The notes under the pieces are model-generated. The model ran no database searches. It was not told where the DNA came from and saw nothing but the letters and a program-made list of their open reading frames with translations. From Desulfobacterales bacterium (GTDB taxonomy: Bacteria; Desulfobacterota; Desulfobacteria; Desulfobacterales; UBA2174): a stretch of DNA of 64,000 bases. Shown piece by piece: positions 15,001 to 27,000 of this stretch (positions within the stretch are counted from its first letter, which is position 1; the number at the start of each line of letters is the position of its first letter). The translations under genes were made by a program, and so were the position numbers. The stretch covers positions 1,344,001 through 1,408,000 of the forward strand of contig CAXXWC010000021.1 in the NCBI GenBank assembly GCA_963668645.2, given 5' to 3'.

Positions 15001-18000
15001 TGCATGTACTTCACGTTGGCCAGCGTCGTGGTGTCTACCGCGCCCGTGCTCGCATCGGTCAGAACAAAGCTGTCGGTCGCCTGCTTGAACGCCAGGCTCC
15101 CATCCAACTGCACGAACCCGAACACATCCAGCGTCAGTTCCGTCATCACCGCCAGCAGCACGCCCTCGTCACCATCGATGACCAGGGTCACCGGCGCGCT
15201 CGACGGGCCGGTCGATATCTCGCGCCCCGTTGCTGCGCCGTCGTTCGGGTTGCTGTCGGTATCTTTAAAATCCAGCACCTTGTTCGGCGCCGTGGTCGTG
15301 TCGCTGGTCTTGTTCACCTGCACCGAAAGCGAGCTGATCTGCGCCGCCAACCCTTCGATGCCCGTCAAACCCGCACTGCCCACATCCGCTTGCAGCGCCA
15401 TGTAGTTGATCGCCGGTGTGGCAGAACCCGCCGCAACCGGCGTGCTCACCATCACCATGGCAAAGTTGACGTCCTCCAGCGCAAATCCGATCCCGCCGAC
15501 CCCGGCAAACGCGCTGTCCACATGACCGCCCACCTGCATGTACTTCACGTTGGCCAGCGTCGTGGTGTCTACCGCGCCCGTGCTCGCATCGGTCAGAACA
15601 AAGCTGTCGGTCGCCTGCTTGAACGCCAGGCTCCCATCCAACTGCACGAACCCGAACACATCCAGCGTCAGTTCCGTCATCACCGCCAGCAGCACGCCCT
15701 CGTCACCATCGATGACCAGGGTCACCGGCGCGCTCGACGGGCCGGTCGATATCTCGCGCCCCGTTGCTGCGCCGTCGTTCGGGTTGCTGTCGGTATCTTT
15801 AAAATCCAGCACCTTGTTCGGCGCCGTGGTCGTGTCGCTGGTCTTGTTCACCTGCACCGAAAGCGAGCTGATCTCGGCCGCCAACCCTTCGATGCCCGTC
15901 AACCCCGCACTGCCCACATCCGCTTGCAGCGCCATGTAGTTGATCGCCGGTGTGGCAGAACCCGCCGCCACCGGCGCGCTCACCATCACCATGGCAAAGT
16001 TGACGTCCTCCAGCGCAAATCCGATCCCGCCGACCCCGGCAAACGCGCTGTCCACATGACCGCCCACCTGCATGTACTTCACGTCGGCCAGCGTCGTGGT
16101 GTCTACCGTGCCCGTGCTCGCATCGGTCAGAACAAAGCTGTCGGTCGCCTGCTTGAACGCCAGGCTCCCATCCAACTGCACGAACCCGAACACATCCAGC
16201 GTCAGTTCCGTCATCACCGCCAGCAGCACGCCCTCGTCACCATCGATGATGAGGGTCACCGGCGCGCTCGACGGGCCGGTCGATATCTCTCGTCCACTGG
16301 CTGCATTGTCGTTGGGGTTGCTGTCGGTATCTTTAAAATCCAGCACCTTGTTCGGCGCCGTGGTCGTGTCGCTGGTCTTGTTCACCTGCACCGAAAGCGA
16401 GCTGATCTGCGCCGCCAACCCTTCGATACCCGTCAACCCCGCACTGCCCACATCCGCTTGCAGCGCCATGTAGTTGATCGCCGGTGTGGCCGAACCCGCC
16501 GCAACCGGCGTGCTCACCATCACCATGGCAAAGTTGACGTCCTCCAGCGCAAATCCGATCCCGCCGACCCCGGCAAACGCGCTGTCCACATGACCGCCCA
16601 CCTGCATGTACTTCACGTTGGCCAGCGTCGTGGTGTCTACCGCGCCCGTGCTCGCATCGGTCAGAACAAAGCTGTCGGTCGCCTGCTTGAACGCCAGGCT
16701 CCCATCCAACTGCACGAACCCGAACACATCCAGCGTCAGTTCCGTCATCACCGCCAGCAGCACGCCCTCGTCACCATCGATGACCAGGGTCACCGGCGCG
16801 CTCGACGGGCCGGTCGATATCTCGCGCCCCGTTGCTGCGCCGTCGTTCGGGTTGCTGTCGGTATCTTTAAAATCCAGCACCTTGTTCGGCGCCGTGGTCG
16901 TGTCGCTGGTCTTGTTCACCTGCACCGAAAGCGAGCTGATCTCGGCCGCCAACCCTTCGATGCCCGTCAACCCCGCACTGCCCACATCCGCTTGCAGCGC
17001 CATGTAGTTGATCGCCGGTGTGGCAGAACCCGCCGCCACCGGCGCGCTCACCATCACCATGGCAAAGTTGACGTCCTCCAGCGCAAATCCGATCCCGCCG
17101 ACCCCGGCAAACGCGCTGTCCACATGACCGCCCACCTGCATGTACTTCACGTCGGCCAGCGTCGTGGTGTCTACCGTGCCCGTGCTCGCATCGGTCAGAA
17201 CAAAGCTGTCGGTCGCCTGCTTGAACGCCAGGCTCCCATCCAACTGCACGAACCCGAACACATCCAGCGTCAGTTCCGTCATCACCGCCAGCAGCACGCC
17301 CTCGTCACCATCGATGATGAGGGTCACCGGCGCGCTCGACGGGCCGGTCGATATCTCTCGTCCACTGGCTGCATTGTCGTTGGGGTTGCTGTCGGTATCT
17401 TTAAAATCCAGCACCTTGTTCGGCGCCGTGGTCGTGTCGCTGGTCTTGTTCACCTGCACCGAAAGCGAGCTGATCTCGGCCGCCAACCCTTCGATGCCCG
17501 TCAAACCCGCACTGCCCACATCCGCTTGCAGCGCCATGTAGTTGATCGCCGGTGTGGCAGAACCCGCCGCCACCGGCGTGCTCACCATCACCATGGCAAA
17601 GTTGACGTCCTCCAGCGCAAATCCGATCCCGCCGACCCCGGCAAACGCGCTGTCCACATGACCGCCGACCTGCATGTACTTCACGTTGGCCAGCGTCGTG
17701 GTGTCTACCGCACCCGTGCTCGCATCGATCAGAACAAAGCTGTCGGTCGCCTGCTTGAACGCCAGGCTCCCATCCAACTGCACAAACCCGAACACATCCA
17801 GCGTCAGTTCCGTCATCACCGCCAGCAGCACGCCCTCGTCACCATCGATGATGAGGGTCACCGGATCGCTCGACGGACCCGTCGATATCTCTCGTCCACT
17901 GGCTGCACTGTCGTTGGGATTGCTCTCGGTATCTTTAAAATCCAGCACCTTGTTCGGCGCCGTGGTCGTGTCGCTGGTCTTGTTCACCTGCACCGAAAGC

Positions 18001-21000
18001 GAGCTGATCTGCGCCGCCAACCCTTCGATGCCCGTCAAACCCGCACTGCCCACATCCGCTTGCAGCGCCATGTAGTTGATCGCAGGTGTGGCCGAACCCG
18101 CCGCAACCGGCGTGCTCACCATCACCATGGCAAAGTTGACGTCCTCCAGCGCAAATCCGATCCCGCCGACCCCGGCAAACGCGCTGTCCACATGACCGCC
18201 CACCTGCATGTACTTCACGTTGGCCAGCGTCGTGGTGTCTACCGCGCCCGTGCTCGCATCGGTCAGAACAAAGCTGTCGGTCGCCTGCTTGAACGCCAGG
18301 CTCCCATCCAACTGCACGAACCCGAACACATCCAGCGTCAGTTCCGTCATCACCGCCAGCAGCACGCCCTCGTCACCATCGATGACCAGGGTCACCGGCG
18401 CGCTCGACGGACCCGTGGAGATCTCGCGGCCACTGGCTGCGCCGTCGTTCGGGTTGCTGTCGGTATCTTTAAAATCCAGCACCTTGTTCGGCGCCGTGGT
18501 CGTGTCGCTGGTCTTGTTCACCTGCACCGAAAGCGAGCTGATCTCGGCCGCCAACCCTTCGATGCCCGTCAACCCCGCACTGCCCACATCCGCTTGCAGC
18601 GCCATGTAGTTGATCGCCGGTGTGGCAGAACCCGCCGCAACCGGCGTGCTCACCATCACCATGGCAAAGTTGACGTCCTCCAGCGCAAATCCGATCCCGC
18701 CGACCCCGGCAAACGCGCTGTCCACATGACCGCCCACCTGCATGTACTTCACGTTGGCCAGCGTCGTGGTGTCTACCGCGCCCGTGCTCGCATCGGTCAG
18801 AACAAAGCTGTCGGTCGCCTGCTTGAACGCCAGGCTCCCATCCAACTGCACGAACCCGAACACATCCAGCGTCAGTTCCGTCATCACCGCCAGCAGCACG
18901 CCCTCGTCACCATCGATGACCAGGGTCACCGGCGCGCTCGACGGGCCGGTCGATATCTCGCGCCCCGTTGCTGCGCCGTCGTTCGGGTTGCTGTCGGTAT
19001 CTTTAAAATCCAGCACCTTGTTCGGCGCCGTGGTCGTGTCGCTGGTCTTGTTCACCTGCACCGAAAGCGAGCTGATCTCGGCCGCCAACCCTTCGATGCC
19101 CGTCAAACCCGCACTGCCCACATCCGCCTGCAGCGCCATGTAGTTGATCGCCGGTGTGGCAGAACCCGCCGCAACCGGCGTGCTCACCATCACCATGGCG
19201 AAGTTGACGTCCTCCAGCGCAAATCCGATCCCGCCGACCCCGGCAAACGCGCTGTCCACCTGGCCGCCAACCTCCAGATAGTTCACGTTCGCCAGCGTCG
19301 TGGTATCGCTTACGCCCGTTGCCGCATCCGTCAGCACAAAACTGTCGGTCGCCTTCTTGAACGACAGGCTCCCATCCAGCTGCACAAACCCGAACACATC
19401 CAGCGTCAGGTTCGTCTGCACCGCCAGCAACTGACCCTCGGCGCCTTCAATATCCAGCACCACCGGCACCGCAGGCTCGGGACCCGTCGACACCTCGCGG
19501 CTGTTCGTGCCGCCGAACTCCAGCACCTTATTACTGTTGACCGTGTCGCTGGTCTTGTTGACCACCACGCTCAACGTGTCGATCTGCGCCGTCAACCCTT
19601 CGATGCCCACCAGACCCGCCGTGGCTACATCCGCCTTCAGGGCCATGTAGTTGACATCGTCCGTCGTCACCAACGGCGTGCCCTTCGTGTCGCTGACCAT
19701 CACCATCCCGAACCGCACGCCCGTCAGCTCAAACCCGATCCCCCCAACCCCGGCAAACGCGCTGTCCACCTGGCCGCCAACCTCCAGATAGTTCACGTTC
19801 GCCAGCGTCGTCGTATCGCTTACGCCCGTTGCCGCATCCGTCAGCACAAAACTGTCGGTCGCCTTTTTGAACGACAGGCTCCCGTCCAGCTGCACAAACC
19901 CGAACACATCCAGGACCAGTGCCCCTTCGGCCTCTAAGGTCTCATCTGAAAAATCTAGGACAAGTGTATTGACTTCAAGGGGGGCAAGAGAAAAGTCTAT
20001 TGAAGTGGTATTGGCGACACCATTGTTCGTGCCGCCACCTTTGTTGATATCCACCGATAGGCTGTTTACCGAAACAGTCAATCCTTCGATACCAACAAAG
20101 GAAGCGTCACCAACCTGCGCTTTGACTGCCGTCCAAGTGCGGAGGTCCGTTGCCGTCTGCTGAGCCGGTGGGGCACGGGGAGACATTACCGCAAGAGCGA
20201 GCTTAACATCGGTCAATGTCAAGCCAATAACGCCCGGAGTAGTTTCTTCACTCTCGTAGGGACCGTTGATACCGACAAAAGCGCTTTCGATTTGGGCACC
20301 GATCTGTATCAGATCAATATCATTGATGCCGTCGTCAGCAGTCCCAACGACCGAACCATCCGATAGCGTTATGCTATCCAAAGATGTTTTTTTGAAGCTG
20401 AGATCACCTTCGATCCACAAAAAGTCAAACAGAGAAGCGGAAAAACCCACCGCTTTAAATTCCACCGTACCTGCCGAAATGGCCTCTTCAAAAGTGTAGC
20501 TGGTAGATCCAACCGTCAGCACCGTTCCGGCCGCCATTGTCGTGGCCGCATCCGTGTAGCGCACCAGCACCGTGTCGGCCGTCACTTCCGCCAACCCGCT
20601 GATCGAGGCTGCAAACGTTCCGTTCTTCAACTCGAACGCCGTCGATCCTGCGCCCGCCTTCAAGCCGAAGTCCGCATCGGCCAGCGTCACGCTCACCGCG
20701 CCGCCGGCGGACAGCGACGCTGTCACGTCCGAGCCCACCGCGATGATCTCGGTGCCCGACTTTTTGAACCCGAAATCTCCGTTCAGCGATACGAAGTCTG
20801 CAACGTTGGCGGCAAAACCGGTCACTTCCAGCGCTATCGTGGAAGCGGCGATCTCTTCTATAAAGGTGTAGCTCGTGCTGCCGACTGTCAGCGTCGTATC
20901 CGCCGCAACCGTCGTGGTTGCATCCGTGTAACGCACCAGCACCGTGTCGGCTGTCACTTCCGCCAACCCGCCGATCGAGGCCGCAAACGTTCCGTTCTTC

Positions 21001-24000
21001 AACTCGAACGCCGTCGATCCTGCGCCCGCCTTCAAACCGAAGTCCGCATCGGCCAGCGTTACACTCACCGCGCCGCCGGCGGACAGCGATGCCGTCACGT
21101 CCGAACCCACCGCGATGATCTCGGCGCCCGACTTCTTAAATCCCAAATCTCCAGACAACGATACGAAGTCCGCAACGTTGGCCGCAAAACCCGTCACTTC
21201 CAACGCTATCGTCGACGGCGCAATCGCTTCTATAAAGGTGTAGCTCGTACTGCCGACCGTCAGCGTCGTATTCGCCGACACTGTCGTGGCCGCATCCGTG
21301 TAACGCACCAGCACCGTGTCGGCATCCACTTCCGCCAACCCGCTGATCGAGGCCGCAAACGTTCCGTTCTTCAACTCGAACGCCGTCGATCCTGCGCCCG
21401 CCTTCAAGCCGAAGTCCGCATCGGCCAGCGTCACACTCACCGCGCCGCCGGCGGACAGCGACGCTGTCACGTCCGAGCCCACCGCGATGATCTCGGTGCC
21501 GGATTTTTTGAACCCGAGATCTCCGGTCAACGATACGAAGTCCGCAACGTTGGCGGCAAAACCGGTCACTTCCAACGCAACCGTGGACGGAGTGATCTCT
21601 TCTATAAAGGTGTAACTCGTGCTGCCGACCGTCAGCGTCGTATCCGCCGCCACCGTCGTGGCCGCATCCGTGTAGCGCACCAGCACTGTGTCGGCATCCA
21701 CTTCCGCCAACCCGCTGATCGAGGCCGTAAACGTGCCGTTCTTCAACTCGAACGCCGTCGATCCTGCGCCCGCCTTCAAACCGAAGTCCGCATCGGCCAG
21801 CGTTACGCTCACCGCACCGCCGGCGGACAGCGATGCCGTCACATCCGAACCCACCGCGATGATCTCGGTGCCCGACTTTTTGAACCCGAGATCTCCGCTC
21901 AGCGATACGAAGTCCGCAACGTTGGCCTCAAAACCCGTCACTTCCAACGCTATCGTCGAAGCTGCGATCCCTTCTATAAAGGTGTAGCTCGTGCTGCCGA
22001 CAGTCAGCACCGTTCCGGCCGCCACCGTCGTGGCCGCATCCGTGTAGCGCACCAGCACCGTGTCGGCCGTCACTTCAGCCAACCCGCTGATCGAGGCCGC
22101 AAACGTTCCGTTCTTCAACTCGAACGCCGTCGATCCTGCGCCCGCCCTCAAGCCGAAGTCCGCATCGGCCAGCGTCACGCTCACCGCGCCGCCGGCGGAC
22201 AGCGACGCTGTCACGTCCGAGCCCACCGCGATGATCTCGGTGCCCGACTTTTTGAACCCAAGATCTCCGGTCAGCGATACGAAGTCCGCAACGTTGGCCT
22301 CAAAACCCGTCACTTCCAACGCTATCGTCGAAGCTGCGATCCCTTCTATAAAGGTGTAGCTCGTCGATCCGACGGTCAGCGTTGTATCCGCTGCTACCGT
22401 CGTGGCCGCATCCGTGTAGCGCACCAGCACCGTGTCGGCCGTCACTTCTGCCAACCCGCTGATCGAGGCCGCAAACGATCCGTTCTTCAACTCGAACGCC
22501 GTCGATCCCGCGCCCGCCTTCAAACCGAAGTCCGCATCGGCCAGCGTTACACTCACCGCGCCGCCGGCGGACAGCGATGCCGTCACGTCCGAACCCACCG
22601 CGATGATCTCGGCGCCCGACTTCTTAAATCCCAAATCTCCAGACAACGATACGAAGTCCGCAACGTTGGCCGCAAAACCCGTCACTTCCAACGCTATCGT
22701 CGACGGCGCAATCGCTTCTATAAAGGTGTAGCTCGTACTGCCGACCGTCAGCGTCGTATTCGCCGACACTGTCGTGGCCGCATCCGTGTAACGCACCAGC
22801 ACCGTGTCGGCCGTCACTTCTGCCAACCCGCTGATCGATGCCGTGAACGTGCCGTTCTTCAACTCGAACGCCGTCGATCCAGCTCTGGCTTGCAAACCGA
22901 AGTCCGCATCGGCCAGCGTCACACTCACCGCCCCGCCGGCTGAAAGCGATGCTGTCACATCCGAGCCCACCGCGATGATCTCGGTGCCCGACTTTTTGAA
23001 TCCCAAATCTCCTGACAACGACACAAAGTCCGCAACGTTGGCGGCAAAACCCGTCACTTCCAACGCAACCGTGGACGGAGTGATCTCTTCTATAAAGGTG
23101 TAACTCGTCCTGCCGACCGTCAGCGTCGTATCCGCCGCCACCGTCGTGGCCGCATCCGTGTAACGCACCAGCACCGTGTCGGCCGTCACTTCCGCCAATC
23201 CGCCGATCGAGGCCGTGAACGTGCCGTTCTTCAACTCGAACGCCGTCGATCCCGCGCCCGCCTTCAAGCCGAAGTCCGCATCGGCCAGTGTTACACTCAC
23301 CGCGCCACCAGCGGACAGCGATGCCGTCACGTCAGAACCCACCGCGATGATCTCGGTGCCGGACTTCTTGAATCCCAAATCTCCTGACAACGACACAAAG
23401 TCCGCAACGTTGGCGGCAAAACCCGTCACTTCCAACGCAACCGTGGACGGAGTGATCTCTTCTATAAAGGTGTAACTCGTGCTGCCGACTGTCAGCGTCG
23501 TATCCGCCGACACTGTCGTGGCCGCATCCGTGTAGCGCACCAGCACCGTGTCGGCTGTCACTTCCGCCAACCCGCCGATCGATGCCGTAAACGTTCCGTT
23601 CTTCAACTCGAAAGCTGTCGATCCTGCGCCCGCCTTCAAACCGAAGTCCGCATCGGCCAGCGTTACACTCACCGCGCCACCAGCGGACAGCGATGCCGTC
23701 ACGTCAGAACCCACCGCGATGATCTCGGTGCCCGACTTTTTGAATCCCAAATCTCCTGACAACGACACAAAGTCCGCAACGTTAGCGGCAAAACCCGTCA
23801 CTTCCAACGCAACCGTGGACGGAGTGATCTCTTCTATAAAGGTGTAACTCGTGCTGCCGACCGTCAGCGTCGTATCCGCCGCCACTGTCGTGGCCGCATC
23901 CGTGTAACGCACCAGCACCGTGTCGGCCGTCACTTCTGCCAACCCGCTGATCGAGGCCGCAAACGTTCCGTTCTTCAACTCGAAAGCTGTCGATCCTGCG

Positions 24001-27000
24001 CCCGCCTTCAAACCGAAGTCCGCATCGGCCAGCGTTACACTCACCGCGCCACCAGCGGACAGCGATGCCGTCACGTCCGAACCCATTGCGATGATCTCGG
24101 TACCCGACTTCTTGAACCCAAGATCTCCGGACAATGACACAAAGTCCGCAACGTTGGCGGCAAAACCGGTCACTTCCAACGCCACCGTCGATGGAGCGAT
24201 ATCTTCTATAAAGGTGTAACTCGTGCTGCCGACTGTCAGCGTCGTATCCGCCGACACTGTCGTGGCAGCATCCGTGTAACGCACCAGCACCGTGTCGGCC
24301 GTCACTTCCGCCAACCCGCCGATCGAGGCCGTGAACGTGCCGTTCTTCAACTCGAACGCCGTCGATCCTGCGCCCGCCTTCAAACCGAAGTCCGCATCAG
24401 CCAGTGTTACACTCACCGCGCCACCAGCGGACAGCGATGCCGTCACGTCCGAACCCACCGCGATGATCTCGGTGCCCGACTTTTTGAACCCGAGATCTCC
24501 AGACAGCGACACGAAGTCTGCAATGTTGGCGGCAAAACCGGTCACTTCAAAGGCTACCGTCGAAGGAGCGATGTCATCTATAAAGGTATAGCTGACAGCG
24601 CCTACCGTTATCTTTTTCCCGGCATTGATGGTGACGGTTTCACTCGTGTAGCGGATCACAACGCTCGTGGCTGTAACGCTGGCAAGTCCTTCAATCAAGG
24701 CCGAAAAAGCACCGTTCTTCAGTTCGAAGGCAGTGGCGCCGATACCCGCTGTCAAACCAAAATCGGCATCGGCCAACGTCACCAGGACCGACGATCCGGC
24801 AGCCAAGGTTGCCGTCACGTCAAATCCTGCCGCGATGATCTCATCGTCCACTTTCGCGAATCCGAGATCACCGGTCATTGTCACGAAATTGGCGACCTCG
24901 GCTGAAAACCCCGTTACGGCAAAGGCCATTGTATCGGCCGCGATTTGCTCTTTAAAAATGTAGCCATTCGACCCCACCGTCAGGCTCGTATCGGCTGTCA
25001 CGGTCGTGGCGGAATTCGTGTACCGCACCAGAACAGAATCTGCCTCAATTGAGGATAGTCCATCAATGCTCGCCGAAAATACCCCGTTCTCAAGTTCGAA
25101 AGCGGTGGTCCCGGTTCCGGCAATCAATCCAAAGTCGGCATCCGAAAGGCTCACGTGCACCGCTTCGCCAAGCGACAGTGCAGCACTGATCGAACCGCCC
25201 ACGGCGATGAGTTCATCGCCGCTCTTGAAAAACGCCAACGTTCCGGAAAGACTTACAAATCCGGAAACATCGATATTCACCGTCCCCTCGGCCTCCAACA
25301 ATTCACCGGCGGTACCGTCCAGATCAACGATGAGGCTGGTACCCGGGCCTGTAATCACAGTTAGGTTCCGCGAAGCGAAATCGACAACCGAACCGCCGTC
25401 ACCCGCGCTGTTGATCCGCACCGCCACAAAAGTTGTTTCCAATGCCAGGGTATCGATTCCGGTCAGTGCCGCCCGGTAGGCCGAAACCTCCAGCGCCGTC
25501 CAATTGCGCGCGGGATCGATCCTACTGGTCAAAAAGATCAAACCGAATTCTAGCTCATCAAGAACCAGTCCGACTTCATCGGTAGTACCGCCGTTAACTC
25601 CGGCAAAGGCATTCAAACCACCGCCGCCCACCGCGAGCATGTCGGTCAGGACTTCTGTCCCATCGGCCAGCAGGACAGTTTCGCTCGATTTTTCAAAGGC
25701 CACCCCTCCTTCGACCATGAAAAATCCGAACAGATCGATATTCATGTGACCGGAAGCGCGGATCAAATCACCCTCGGATCCATCCATGTCCAGTGTCATC
25801 ATGGAATCCGGACCGGTCTTGATTTCCAGGTTCTGTACGCCGAAATCCACCACCAGGTTCGGATCCGCGTCGGGTACAATGTTTGGCCTGGAGATCGATT
25901 CTCCGACAGTCAACAACGTCAGACCAGCCGAGGCGACATCTGGAGAAGCGACTACTTCAAGCAAGTCGAGATCCGTACCGCCCAACGTGCCGGCAAGCCG
26001 TACCTCCCAAACCCCGGAGGAGATCAGCGACACACTGACCTGTGCACCGAGCAAATCGGCCAGAGCTGCTGTGAGGGCCGATTGGACCTCGGCGGCAGAG
26101 GCCTGAAAATCGATGGCTTCCGTGGTATAGGTCGTCCCGTCGAAAATCAGACTTAAGACGAAGGTGCCACCGGTTTCAGCTTCCAGCCGCACTTGCTGCA
26201 CTTCGTCCACCGCCGCGCTGGTGAACGTGGTGGTTTCGATCCGCGTCAGGCCCCGCTCGACAACCCGTAAGCCACCACTGGCGGACGCCACCGTGGTCGT
26301 CACCGTCATCCGGGCCAGATCCTTTCCAGCCAGGGCACCGCCAAACACCACATGCCAAATCTCGGCGGCCGGACTGCTCACCGTCACCAGGGCGCCCGCG
26401 ATCGGCGACAGGGCCGAATTGAGTGCATCCCGAACTTCATTGGCGGTCGACTCGAAATCCAGTTCCCCCGTGGTATACGTCGTTCCTTCATAAGCCAGCG
26501 ACAGGGCAAAGGTGCCTGTGGCGAGTGATTGGATCCGCACCTCTTGTTCTGCGGGAATATTCTCGGTTATCGGCGTCGTCACCTTGGACTGACCATCGGC
26601 CAATGTATCCGCCGCCACGGTCACATTGTTCATGTAGGCCACTGTTATCTGCGGCAGATCCTGGTAGGCGAGCTTTCCGATGAAATAAATGAAATAGCGG
26701 GGAGCAGCGGAAGTGGAGCCCTGATCGAATTCCACCTTCACATTGCCTTTGCCGATCGTGGTAAGACTTTCCAAGCCAGACTGGAGGATAGCGCGATTGT
26801 AGGTCGGACTGTTGACCGAAAAATCAAGCAACCCGGTGTCAAGGCCGTTAAAGCTAAGTTGATAGCGCGTGTTGGTGCTGCGAAAGCCATCCGAGAAAGA
26901 AATCACTTGCTTCTCGTAGACATAGGCGCCACTAGTGGTTGTGCTCGTCACCACCTGTGCACCGCGCACCACCGTCGATACCGAAGCCTCGACGCCCGGG

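Noticed and set aside
6312..19937. 4541-aa plus-strand ORF rich in R/H/Q
   Set aside because: It is the exact in-register antisense of the giant gene. One stop-free 534-bp unit repeated 25 times explains its length, and the composition is not protein-like.
6037..24960. Possible CRISPR array, DGR template/variable repeats or cassette system
   Set aside because: Units are 534 and 372 bp, in frame, with no spacers. No cas, reverse transcriptase or recombinase gene is in the window, and variation is not adenine-specific.
6460..24963. Series of 133-aa and 99-aa plus-strand ORFs
   Set aside because: Shadow ORFs produced by the coding repeats on the opposite strand.
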